Assembly (NCBI GenBank): GCA_964016885.1
Contig: OZ024742.1
Coordinates: 156,736,001 to 156,800,000 of the forward strand
DNA from: Eledone cirrhosa
Taxonomy: Eukaryota
Direction: 5' to 3'
DNA: 64,000 bases
Below the pieces are notes generated by a model that saw only the letters and a program-made list of their open reading frames with translations, did no database searches and had not been told where the DNA came from. Shown piece after piece: positions 27,180 to 39,429 of the stretch (position 1 is its first letter; the number at the start of each line of letters is the position of its first letter). A program made the translations under genes and the position numbers.

Positions 27180-29893
27180 ACCATACATTCGCCAATCCTC
27201 GATAAGAGTGTTTAAATGTCGAACCTAAACAGTTAGAATAACGGTGAAATGGAGACTAGAATGTCATATGACAGACTCTCAGCCAACAGGTGCTTTCTGG
27301 CTCAGCAGCAGGGACCTGGCTGTCAACCAAATACTGCTGGAGTCGTAAGAAGAAGAAGGAAAGGGACGAGCACCAACTGGACGAAAGAATTGAATAGAAC
27401 TGTTATGCAATGTTACCTGAAGAGTAACCCCAAGGAGAAAGGCTATAGGAAAAGGATGCATAACATCTGGAACGAGATTGGTCCATTTAAATTAGATGAA
27501 CAAAAACTGGCCGGGCACGTTCGGGTAATAAGAACTAATGGGTGGATAAGCGAGCTGGAACTGGAGGAACTGGGCAGAGAGATTAGCTTGGAGATGGAGG
27601 GTGGAGTATGCCAGGCAAACGAGCCAGTGGGAAATGAAAGTGAAGAGGTCGAGAGAACGGAGGGACCACCCGAAACAGAAAATGATCTGAATGCTGAGAT
27701 AAATAATACCTGGAACAGAGATACGGCCACTGAGGAGATGAATGCTGACGGGCTAGGACAATATTTGGTAGATATCCTAAACTTCGTGGTAGATGAATTG
27801 AACAATGATAGTGGGAGACCTATGAACCTAAGATTTGTAGACAGGAAAAAGTTAAAAGAAACAACAGCTAAGGTAAACAAAGTCATCCCATACCTTGAGG
27901 CGAGGAGCCTTCACCAGTGCAACAATATCCTCAAAGCAACAGCAAATACGGTGATGACACTACTTGGTATAAAAGCGAGAGGAAACAACAGACAAGAAAG
28001 AGCAGAGCCTTGGTGGAAGAAACGACTGAGTGGTCAAATCAGGGAAATGAGAAATGACATTGGAAAGCTTGAGTCCCTACTGAATGGGACACTAAAAAAC
28101 ATAGTCACTAAAAATAGACTGGAAATAAAGTACAAAACTAGGAGGAAAAGGCTAAATATTATCATAGAGGAACTGAAGCAACGCATTGTAGCAAAACATG
28201 CAAAAATCAGGCGATACGCGAAGAGAGTCAGCCAGTATAGAAAGAACCGCATGTTCGACAACAACCAGAAGATGCTGTTTGGACAGCTTGAAGGGAAAGA
28301 AAGAGGCAACGACTAGATCCCTGAGGCTGAACAAACTAAAACATTCTGGAGATGAATATGGGAGCAGGATGTTAAACATAATGACCAGGCACGCCAACAA
28401 ACTGATTTGAGTATCACAGTTGAAACTCTTAAGGGCAGGCCAAACAACTAACCAACTGGAAATCACCTGGCCCAGATGGTGTGCAGGGGTATTGGATTAA
28501 AAACATAACATCCCTCCACCCGAAACTGACAGCCATGTTCAATGACTGCTTGATGTCAGGTGAGGTACCAGAGTAGTTGACAAAAGGTACCACAGTTCTG
28601 ATAATGAAATAACGAATCAAGGGTAATGATGTTACCAACTATAGACCTATCACATGTCTGCCCGTAATGTGGAAACTGTTGACAAGCATTATGTCTGAGG
28701 AAATCTACCATCACCTCCACACAAACAACTTGTTACCGGACGAACAGAACGGATGCCGAAAGAAGTCACGTGGTACAAACGACCAGTTACTTATTGATAA
28801 GATGGTAATGAGAAATTGACTATCTACAATATGTTCCACAAGAGGAGTGATGTCGATAGACTCTACTTAAGGATATCTGAGGGTGGAAGAGCTCTTATCA
28901 GCATAGAGGACTGTGTTCAGATGGAGAAAAACAACCTACACAAATACGTGACTGATAGTAAGGAGCCAATGTTCAGAGCTGTACTGAAGGAGGGGACAAT
29001 AGGCCAGGGGATGTCCAAGGAGGAAATAACATCAAGGAGAAAGAGCAGCCTTCAGGAAAAATCCCTTCATAGTACCTTCTTTGAGAAAACTGAATTTAGA
29101 GATCCACAGACATGGAACTGGTTGAAAAGAGGAGACCTTAAAAAGGTAACAGAAGAAATGTTAATAGCTGCGCAGGAGCAAGCCCTCAAAACGAAGTGGT
29201 TGGAACACCACATTTACAAGGAGGAGGCTAGCCTACTGTGCAGGATCTGTGGAGAGAGAGAGGAGACTGTGGCTCACATTGTATCCGAGTGTAAACACCT
29301 AGCCCAGACTCACTATAAGGCTGGAGACATGATGTGATGGGCAGGGTTATCCACTGGCACCTATGCGAAGTAAACAATTTACCACATTCTGAGAAGTGGT
29401 ATGAGCATAAGCCAGAGTCGGTGATGGAAAACGATCAGGTGAAGGTGCTGTGGGATTTTAAGATACAGACGGGCAAGAAACTGGAACACAATAGACCTGA
29501 CCTGGTGGTTTTGGACAAAGAAAAAAGATCGTGCCTGATTGTGGATGTGGCCTGCCCATTCGATACGAGAGTGCAAGAGAAGGAGAGGGAGAAAATTAAC
29601 CGATACCAGGACTTAAAGTGGGAGGTAAAAAGGATTTGGAACTGCTACGAAGTGATCCCGATTGTCATAGGCGCACTAGGGACTATCTCAAAAAGTTTCC
29701 CGGGATGGTTGAAGAAAATTGGCCCCTTCATGCTTTTTGGAACGCTTCAAAAGGCATGCTTGCTGGGAACAGCAAGAACCCTCCGATATGTCCTGAATAT
29801 CTGAGGCTGCAGGTAGTGGCTTGATATTCATCTCAACAAACTTTCCAGTTAACTAACATCAATGACTGAGACTCAAAGAGTAATAACAATAAT
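27171..29893 (+). mobile_element. R4/Dong family A copy 2, decayed, RT core deleted
   Basis: ORF start 27249 homologous to 19313; stops; internal deletion at 28815-28818; RLE domain; TAA tail. Confidence 0.9.
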
Positions 29894-32800
29894 GCTTTTT
29901 CATTAACCACAAGGGTTTACATAAAATAGACATTAAGGACAGTACAGGACAATACAGGATGGTACTAATGGTCATTTCTGCGTGTAAAAAAAAACAACAG
30001 AGGATTTAACAAAAAATAACAATGAAAAATTTCACAATAGGTGGGAAACTTCCGAAGGACATTTGTGGAGAAAGCCCATAAACAGCCACAGTGACCCTGG
30101 CCACCAGGGCAAGTGCCCTCTCCCAGTTTTCCACCAGTTTAATTTAAAGACACATACTCAGAGTAGGCCCATTTACTCGGACCATACTTGCTTCTCTCAC
30201 CCATCTTTCAACAAAATGCTGGGAAGAGAGCACTTCCATCTCTACCCTGATTTTCCTTTTCAAATGAAATTTGAAAAAGTTAATTAGGGCATCACCGAAG
30301 AGGTAAGTGCTCTCTTCAGCCTTTCAAACGTGTCCACCATACTATATCTTTCGTCATGGCCAGCAGACGGATAAAAACTGCCTGTCCGTCGCGGCTAATG
30401 GAAGTGGGTGGGGCAATCCTCACGATGGACTCATCTGATAGCTGGATCCCTCCTACACGTGACACACAGGTGTTCGACATAAACCCATAAATCAGCAATG
30501 CTTGACACTGGACGAGTGCGTGCAGGACGGTTTCGTCACCCTGCGTGCATCTCGGACATGCCCGTCTGACGGCACCTCCATGCCTGTAGAGTATATCCCG
30601 AACTGGCAAAGCTCCTCGGTAGCACTGCCAGGCCAGGGATTTCTGGAAGTTGTCCATGTGCCCCGGCCCGAAAGTCCTTCCGAAGAGATTGGCTAGTTGA
30701 TGTTCGTCGACGCCTAGAGTTTCTCCAAGTACGTCGTCGCTCTTCCCCTCCACTAATCCTCTATAGAACGCCAAGGTGGAGTTTCCACGGATCATATTGC
30801 ACGATTGGTCGAGGGCTGTGAGCGCCTGAAGACATTCCAGTCCCCAAGCGCTCCCTCTCGGTCTTCGCTTAACCCAGGACTGCAGCTCCGTCAAGGAGAC
30901 GAGCTGGGGAAAGACGTATCTAGCAAACGGCGACCAGACCTGATCACCGTCGAGGAAGAGGTGGAGATGTCGTAGCCTGAGCGCGTGTCTGCACATCGTC
31001 AGCCACGGCATGCCCAGCCCTCCACGTAGCGGGTGTTGACAGCCGATGGACCGCCTGACCATCGGAGCGCGTCCCTTCCACAAAAAGCGAGAGAGCAAAC
31101 GTTCCAGCGCAGTCAGGCGGCGCTTAGGACAAGGGAAGACCGTCAGGCGGTAGTAGATGACGGACGCGATGTACGCGTTAGCCACCTCCGATCGACCTTT
31201 CAGGGATAACTTCCTCTCCGCCCATTTCTGGGTGAGAGAAGACACCCATGTATTTGGCGTTCGACCCGCGTACGTTGACATCGTCCGCATATGCTGACAC
31301 GGATCTTCCGCATCCTAGTTCGCGCGGGACCCCCTCAACGTCTCCAGTTTGTGCAGTAATGGCTCGAGAGTCAATACGTACAATAGGGACGAGAGGGGAC
31401 ATCCTTGGCGGACCGAGCGCATGATGTTGAACGGTTCCGAAAGGTGACCGTTCACTCTCACTACAGAGCAGATGTCGCGGTGCATTGCAGCGATCCAGCC
31501 TCTGAAAACGGGTCAAAGCCAGCCGCCTTCTGGACTGCCGCTAGGTAACGATGGTCGACCCTATCGAAAGCTTTCGACTGATCTATATTGATCAAAGACC
31601 CACCCGTGCCAGGTTCTCTAGCAACCCTCTCTACGATGTATCGCATGCGGTTGAAGATGTCGTGGATGGATCTGTCGGGAATGGCGCACGTCTGAACCTC
31701 TCCCACCAGACCACCAATGACAAGCGCCAGCATCTTTTATAGCACTTTGTCCAAAATCTTGAACTCTGTGTTTAGCAGAGTTATGGGCCAGAAATTATAT
31801 ATGTTATCCCCCTTGTTCTTATCCTTTCTCAGCAGCGCCACAGCTCCTCGGCTGACAGAGCTGGGAATTCTCCCGTTGTGTTGCCAGTTGCAGCAGACAT
31901 ACGCCAAGAGGCCACCAAACAAGTCTGGCATATATACGTAAAGTTCATAAGGCAGACCATCCAAACCAGGCGATTTACCTCTTGTGCAGCCAGTCATTGC
32001 CTCCCGTACTTCAGCGGGTGTTATCGGCTTTTCGCAACACTCCGCCTCAGTGGCCGAGAACCGCGGCAGTCCGTCGAGGTAGACACTAAAGTCCATGCTT
32101 CGACCCGGCCCGCCGCTGCCCCCGAACAGCTGAACGAAGTGTCGCTGAAAAGGTTCACATATTTTCCCGGGACCGAGTAGCATGCGCCCGTCGCGGTTCA
32201 TCAAAGACCGGATCGTGGCTTTGTTGCCACGACGCGCCTCCGCCACTCGGGCCCATTGAACGGCTTTCGTCCCCTCGTGTCTGAGAGCACGCACAGTAGC
32301 TCTGACAACGCAGCCTTCGTGCTTTGCATTGAAGAATTGTTCAAGGGCCAATTTCGACGCAAGTACGTCGGTCGCGATGCCTTTGCTAAGCGCCTTGTCT
32401 AATTGTCTAACTAATTCTCCCTCTGCTCTATTTTTCTCTATTGCTAAAGTGTTACTAAACCTAATGGACTCTATTGTAATTGCTCTTTTCAGAGCAAACC
32501 ACCACTTGTTGTTGACGATGGCCCCCGTCAACGCCCGCTTAACTAGTTCGCTAATCCGGTCTCTATAGGCCTTGGGCGCTGGTAAGGACGCGTTTAGCTT
32601 CCATTAGCCGGGTCCTCGTCTATGAAACCTATCTAAGTCAAGCACACAGATCACTAATTTGTGGTCCGTGTAGCTGACTATTGTGGACAGCCTATGCTAG
32701 GCCTATCTATTTCCCTACAAAATACTCTATCTAGATATGATCTGGATGACCCTATGCGATTTGTCCCAATCCACATTGGCACATTCGTGAAATCCAATCG

Positions 32801-35037
32801 GTACCTGTCAGACAGTTCAAAATGCCTGAGCAGGTTGGTGAGGCTATTGCACCCTCCTCCCCTATCCTCTGATCCCACACAGTCCCAGCGTGCATCTAAG
32901 ATCCCGTTCCAGTCGCCCACTAACACTAAAGGGCGGGACGTTCCAAGAAAGGTCTCCAGACGCCTGAAGATATCAGGCCGCCCTGGTCCTGTCGGGGCAT
33001 AGACAGCCACTAGCCTGAAAGCTTGGCCGTCTCCGCTGGTCACGTCCAGCACCACCAAATTACCTTCTGGGTCCAGGAAGATGGCCCGTATGGCGAGATC
33101 CAAACCTCTCCGAAAAAGCACAGCAACTCCTCCCCCCGATCCAGGACGGCTGGGAGATGCGTACACATCGTAGCCGCCGAAGATCGGTGCGAAGGCCCGT
33201 GCTTCGGAGATTCTGGACTCGCTGATGGCCACTACATCTATGTTTAATGACCTGAGGTCGTTGACCAGGTGGCCCTGCTTCCATGACGACCCCAAGCCAC
33301 ACACATTTATGCTGCCTATTCTGAGTGAGGTCATGTTGAAATGGGGTGGAAAAGATGGGAAAGACCACTTACCGTACTTTTCGTAGAGGAATGATGGTTT
33401 GTCCATCAATTTTCACTTGATCGTCTGGTTAAGGGATCGTTGAATCGTCCCTTCGGCTGGTCGTCGGCTCTTCTATGAGTATGTCCGAATATACTCTCCT
33501 GTTGAGTGTCCCTCCAAGGTCTCTGAAATCACCAACCGCGTTGGGGAATTTCGTTTTATTGTTTGTGTATTGTTTCTGTGCTATTCTTACCAGTCTTATG
33601 TTCGTTGGTGTTTTGATTGGTGCTGGTATTATGTAGTCGTGCTGTGAAATGTCTGTGTGTTCAATTATGTGAGTCATTAGTTTCTTGTTGTGTGTATTTA
33701 TTGCCGTGCATTTGTTTTTTTGGGGGTGGGGTGTGGTTCTGCTATTTTCTTGTCGTTGTTGCTGGGTGTGTGTGTTTTGTTGTTGTGTTTGCGATGTTGG
33801 TGCTTGTGGTGGTGGTGTTGAAGGTATTGTTGTTGTTGGCGGTGGGGTTGTCGCCGGTGGTGATGGTGGTGCTAGTGTGGGTGGTGATGGTGTTGGTGGT
33901 GTTGCTGCTGTGAGTCTCTTTGCAGTAGCATTTACCCTTTTTCATTTCTTTCCTCCCTTTTCGAAGGCGACGATGCGCTGCTTCTGCGTTTGTGCCTTCT
34001 TGCGACATTTTGCCATCTCTCTCCCACTTCACACTCCATGTCTGATTCTGTGAGGTCGTGGAGTGGTACCTGCTCCACTCTTTCACTTGTTGTTGTTGGT
34101 GATGTTTGCAGTGGAGTCTCTGTTGCAGCTGTAGTTGGTATTAATGTTGTTATTTTTAATACTTCCACTGCTACTGCTGTTCTTGATTTCCGTGGTGTGG
34201 GTATGGGTGCCACGGACCTATCGTTCCTGGTTGCCACTTGTCATGTTGATGGTATCAGTGGAGCCGATTTCGGAAGGAGAGTGGTTTTCTCCTTTCTCGG
34301 GGTCTTCTCGTTGCAGAAGGCCCTGAGGTGAGTCTTCGATCCACAGCGAAAGCATTTCGGGCGTTTGCCCTCAACACTTATGGGCAGTTGAGTGCCGTTA
34401 TCGAAGTCTATCACATCCGGGATAGCTTCGATGCACTCCTGGTTGGTTTGGATTAACATATCAATGGAGGTGCCGACTCAATCTTCTTTTACTCTTTTCT
34501 GTACTTGCAGTACAGTTGTTTTGTCCTCGGTTCCGACGAGGACAGACGCGGCCAGCCAAGAAGGGGCCATCATTCAGTCTGACCCTCACAATTTTTTTGC
34601 CCGCAGTAGGAGGGCACCAACACCATTTCTTCGCTCCTTAGGGTCACTAAGGATTGAGCCTTTGCCTCCTGGGGTGTTGCAGAAAGCACGTCTACGGTGG
34701 CAAATGTTTTGCCTCGAGTTTTCCGCTGCCACACAGACCCTAAGGCTTTTTTGTATTTGAGCCTCTGTGGCTCTTTCATCCCTACGGGATTTTGTGCTTA
34801 CTGCACGGTACGTGACCGGACAGTGCTGTTGGGTTTCGAAAACATTTTCGGCTGCCTTGCAGATTGCTCGGTGTCCGGTTTTCGTCACCATCTTCTTCGC
34901 TTCCTGTAATTCCTCATTTGTTACGAGATTGTTTTTTTCTTTGCTGCTGTTGTTGTTGTTCTCGTCAGAGCTGCTGTTACTTTTGTTGTTGCTGCAGGTA
35001 CTACGACTGCTGCCGCCGCCGCTATTGCTGTGGTTGT

Positions 35038-35069
<32 letters not shown>

Positions 35070-35664
35070 TGGCTGCTAATGCTGTTGTTGTTTATGCTGC
35101 TGCTGTTGCTGTTGCGGCTGCTACTGTTGTTTTACTTGTCACTGTTGCTGATGTTATTACAGCTGCTAATGCTATTATTCATGACGTCAGACGAATGAAA
35201 TGGGTTTTCGTATTTACCACACACCTTTTTCGTCGTTGTCGTCGTCGTGGAGAAATGTTCCATGCTTTGAACGTGACTTTGGAAGCTATTTTTCTTTACT
35301 GGCGTCGCTTGCGAAAGAGAAGGGAGGGAGAGAGACACATTTAGAGAAGGGAGGGAGAGAGACAATCTTATCTCTCCTGTAGTGACGATTGAGGAAGAAT
35401 AAGACGGAATGAGTGGGAGTGACTTGTGAAAATTCTTTTTCGTAGCCATGTTTATTTTTGGTTTAAAATAAATATTGGGCACAAAACCTCAATAAGCGGT
35501 TATTTAACCCCGAAGGGCCAAATAACGGACAGAAAGAGCCTTCTCATGAGGAGGAGGGTGTTTTTGTCTACAATTTGGTTAAAGTTTTAAACAATTTACA
35601 ATTGTTATAGCGGTCAAAATTTACAATACCTTACAGAGCCGAGCCTCCGTCAACCATGGCATTC
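29894..35664 (-). mobile_element. Tx1/L1-clade non-LTR retrotransposon copy 1, apparently full length, decayed
   Basis: ORF1 with knuckle CFRCGSKTHLRAFC; ORF2 APE (SINVCGL, LVGDWN, SYLDRV), RT (KSPGLDG, KAFDRVDH, SAYADD), CPRC...ETVLHALVQC; TAA repeats on both flanks. Confidence 0.9.

Positions 35665-35717
<53 letters not shown>
35665..35717 (+). repeat. (TAA)n between the Tx1 5' end and the Dong copy 3 5' end
   Basis: Direct read. Confidence 0.95.
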
Positions 35718-35718
<1 letters not shown>

Positions 35719-37962
35719 TAACCAACTGGAAATCACCAGGCCCAGATGGTGTGCATGGGTATTGGATTAAACATTTAACATCCCTCCACCCGAAGCTGAC
35801 GGCCATGTTCAATGACTGCTTGGTGTCGGGTGAGGTGCCAGAGTGGTTGACAAAAGGTACCACAGTTCTGATAATGAAAGACCGAATCAAGGGTAATGAT
35901 GTTACCAACTATAGACCTATCACATGTCTGCCCGTAATGTGGAAACTGTTGACGAGCATTGTGTCTGAGGAAATCTACCATCACCTCCACACAAACAACT
36001 TGTTACCGGACGAACAGAAAGGATGCCGAAAGAAGTCACGTGGTACAAAGGACCAGTTGCTTATTGATAAGATGGTAATGGGGAATTGCAGGAGGAGACA
36101 CGCTGATCTTGCCATGGGATGGATAGACTACAGAAAGGCATTTGACATGGTGCCTCATTCCTGGATCACCAAAAGCCTGGAGATCTTCAGGGTGGCAGAT
36201 AACATCAGACAGTTGCTGGGCAGGAGTATGGGGTCCTGGGAGACAGAGTTGACATCAACTGGAGTATCCTTGGGAAGCGTGAAGATCAAGAGAGGTATCT
36301 TCCAGGGAGATAGCCTGTCCCCTCTGTTGTTTGTCCTTGCCCTGATGCCCTTGACCATTATGCTGCGAAAAGTGAGAGCAGGATACAAGTTGGGAAGGGG
36401 AGAGCTTACCATCAATCACCTCCTCTTCATGGACGATCTTAAGCTCTTCGGGAAAAGTGAGAAGGAGTTGGATGTGCTTGTTGACACTGTCCGTATTTTC
36501 AGCAGTGATATATGTATGCAGTTTGGTATTGGTAAATGTGGAGTCATTGTGATGAAGAGGGGTAGGTTGAGCAGAAGTAACGGGATCCAGATACCAACAT
36601 GTGAGATGATAAAGGAAATTGACTCTGAGGAAGGATACAAGTATTTGGGCGTTCTGGAGGCTGATGGCATAAAGAACAAAAAAATGAAGGAATTGTTAAG
36701 AACTGAATACATTCGGAGAGTAAGGAGCGTATTGAAGTCACATCTGAACAGCAGAAATGCCATAAGCGCAGTAAATTCCCGAGCTGTGTCTATTATTAGG
36801 TACAGTGCGGGAATTCTGAGATGGAATGTTGCTGAACAAAAAGAAATGGATAGGAAGACTAGGAAGCTATTGACTATCTACAACATGTTCCACAAGAGGA
36901 GTGATGTCGATAGACTCTACCTAAGGAGATCTGAGGGTGGAAGAGGTCTTATCAGCATAGAGGACTGTGTTCAGATGGAGAAAAACAACCTATACAAATA
37001 CGTGACCTATAGTAAGGAGCCAACGCTCAGAACTGTACTGAAGGAGGGGACAGTAGGCCAGGGGATGTCCAAGGAGGAAATAACATCAAGGAGGAAGAGC
37101 AGCCTTAAGGGAAAATCCCTTCATAGTACCTTCTTTGAGAAAACTGAATTTAGAGATCCACAGACATGGAACTGGCTGAGAAGAGGAGACCTCAAAAAGG
37201 CTACAGAAGGAATGCTAATGGCTGCGCAGGAGCAGGCCCTCAAAACGAAGTGGTTGAAGCACCATATCTACAAGGAGGAGGCTAGCCCACTGTGCAGGAT
37301 CTGTGGAGAGAGAGAGGAGACTGTGGCTCACATTGTGTCCGAGTGTAAACACCTAGCCCAGACCCACTATAAGGGCTGGAGACACGATGTGATGGGCAGG
37401 GTGATCCACTGGCACCTGTGCAAAGTAAACAATCTACCACATTCTGAGAAATGGTATGAGCATAGGCCAGAGGCGGTGATGGAGAACAGTCAGGTGAAGG
37501 TGCTGTGGGATTTTAGGATACAGACGGACAAAAAACTGGAACACAATAGACCTGACCTGGTGGTTGTGGACAAAGAAAAAAGATCGTGCCTGATTGTGGA
37601 TGTGGCCTGCCCGTTCGACACGAGAGTGCAAGAGAAGGAGCGGGAGAAAATTAACCGATACCAGGACCTAAAGTGGGAGGTGAAAAGGATTTGGAACTGC
37701 CATGAAGTCAAAGTGATCCCGATTGTCATAGGCGCACTGGGGACTATCTCCAAAGGTTTCCAGGGATGGTTAAAGAAAATCGGCCCCTTCACGCTTTTTG
37801 GAACGCTTCAAAAGGCATGCTTGCTTGGAACAGCAAGAACCCTCCGATACGTCCTGAATATCTGAGGCTGCAGGTAGTGGCTTGATATTCAATCCAACGG
37901 ACTTTCCAGTTAACCAACATCAATGACTGAGATTCAAGGAATAACAATAACAATAATAATAA

Positions 37963-37993
<31 letters not shown>

Positions 37994-37996
37994 AAT
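35718..37996 (+). mobile_element. R4/Dong family A copy 3, 5'-truncated, young
   Basis: Nearly identical to 20557-22783; flanked by (TAA)n on both sides. Confidence 0.93.
35751..37865 (+). CDS. Uninterrupted RT + CCHC + restriction-like endonuclease ORF (704 aa; N-terminus missing)
   Basis: LFMDD; CRICGEREETVAHIVSEC; RHD; NRPDLV...IVDVACP...EKINRY. Confidence 0.88.
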   Translation: MHGYWIKHLTSLHPKLTAMFNDCLVSGEVPEWLTKGTTVLIMKDRIKGNDVTNYRPITCLPVMWKLLTSIVSEEIYHHLHTNNLLPDEQKGCRKKSRGTKDQLLIDKMVMGNCRRRHADLAMGWIDYRKAFDMVPHSWITKSLEIFRVADNIRQLLGRSMGSWETELTSTGVSLGSVKIKRGIFQGDSLSPLLFVLALMPLTIMLRKVRAGYKLGRGELTINHLLFMDDLKLFGKSEKELDVLVDTVRIFSSDICMQFGIGKCGVIVMKRGRLSRSNGIQIPTCEMIKEIDSEEGYKYLGVLEADGIKNKKMKELLRTEYIRRVRSVLKSHLNSRNAISAVNSRAVSIIRYSAGILRWNVAEQKEMDRKTRKLLTIYNMFHKRSDVDRLYLRRSEGGRGLISIEDCVQMEKNNLYKYVTYSKEPTLRTVLKEGTVGQGMSKEEITSRRKSSLKGKSLHSTFFEKTEFRDPQTWNWLRRGDLKKATEGMLMAAQEQALKTKWLKHHIYKEEASPLCRICGEREETVAHIVSECKHLAQTHYKGWRHDVMGRVIHWHLCKVNNLPHSEKWYEHRPEAVMENSQVKVLWDFRIQTDKKLEHNRPDLVVVDKEKRSCLIVDVACPFDTRVQEKEREKINRYQDLKWEVKRIWNCHEVKVIPIVIGALGTISKGFQGWLKKIGPFTLFGTLQKACLLGTARTLRYVLNI

Positions 37997-39429
37997 GATT
38001 TCTTTATTAACCACAAGGGTTTACATAAAGTAGACATTAAGGACAGTGCAGGACAATGCAGGACGGTACAAATGGGCATTTCTGCGTGTAAAAAAACAAA
38101 AACAGAGGATGTAACAAAAATAACAATGAAAATAACAATGAAAAATTCCCCAATAGGGGGGAGACTTCGGAGGGACATTTGTGGAGAAAGCCCAGTAAAA
38201 AGCCACAATGACCCTGACCACCAAGGCAAGTGCCCTCTCCCAGTTTTCCACCTTTAGTTTACAGATATATACTCAGAGTCGGCCCATTCACTCGGGCCAT
38301 TCTTGCTTCTCTCACCCATCTTTCAACAAAATGCTGGGAAGAGAGCACTTCCTTCTCTACTCTGATTTTCCTTTTCAAATGAAATTTGAAAAAGTCAATC
38401 AGAGCATCACCGAAGAGGTAAGTGCTCGTCTTCAGCCCTTTCAAACGTGTCCACCATACTATCTCTTTCGCCATGGCCACCGGATAAAAACTGCCTGCCC
38501 TTCCCGGCTAAAGGAGGAGGGCGGGGCAATCCTCACGATAGACTCAGATGATAGCTGGATCCGTCCTAAACGCGACAGCAGGTGTTCGACATAAACCCAC
38601 AAGTCAGCAATTTTCGGACACTGGACGAGTGCGTGCAGGACGGTTTCGTCGCCCTGCGCGCATCTCGGACATGCCCGGCTGACGGCACCTCCATGCCTGT
38701 AGAGTTTATCCCGAACTGGCAAGGCTCCTCGGTAGCACTGCCAGGACAGAGATTTCTGGAAGTTGTCCATAGGCCCTGGCCCGAAAGTTCTTCCGAAGAG
38801 ATTGGCTAGTTGATTTTCGTCGACGCCTAGAGTTTCCCCAAGTACGTCGTCGCTCTTCCCCTCCACTAATCCTCTATAGAACGCCGAGGTGGAGTTTCCA
38901 CCGATCACATTGCCCGATTGGTCGAGGGCTGTGAGCGCCTGAAGACATTCCAGTCTCCAGGCGCTCCCTCTCGGTCTTCGCTTGACCCAGGACTGCAGCT
39001 CCGTCAAGGAAACGAGCTGGGGAAAAACGCGTCTAGCAAACGGCGACCACACCTGATCACCGTCGAGGAAGAGGTGGAGATGTCGTAGCCTGAGCGCGTG
39101 CCTGCGCATCATCAGCCACGGCATGCCCAGCCCTCCACGTAGCGGGTGTTGACAACAGATGGACCGCCTGACCATCGGAGCACGTCCCTTCCACAAAAAG
39201 CGAAAGAGCAAACGCTCCAGCGTAGTCAGGCGAGGCTTAGGACAAGGTACGACGGTTAGGCGGTAGCAGATGACAGACGCGATGTACGCGTTAGCCACCT
39301 CCGCTCGACCTTTCAGGGATAGCTTCCTCTCCGCCCATTTCTGGGTGAGAGAATCCACCCTGCTCGTCACCTCGTCCCAGTTTTTGTCCCTCTGGAGGTC
39401 CGGACCGAACCAGACCCCTAGCAATTTAA
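37997..39429 (-). mobile_element. Tx1/L1 copy 2, 5'-truncated
   Basis: ORF2 C-terminus KLLGVWFG...CPRCAQGDETVLHALVQC; 3' UTR with AATAAA abutting (TTA)n. Confidence 0.9.

Noticed and set aside
32678-33409. Apparent ORF1-ORF2 fusion in Tx1 (open frame upstream of MTSLR)
   Set aside because: ORF1 ends in its own frame (...PLREVR* / PLRKVR*) about 34 nt before the ORF2 ATG in all copies.
19343-37792. Antisense ORFs over the Dong and Tx1 coding regions
   Set aside because: Shadow frames with no independent motifs.
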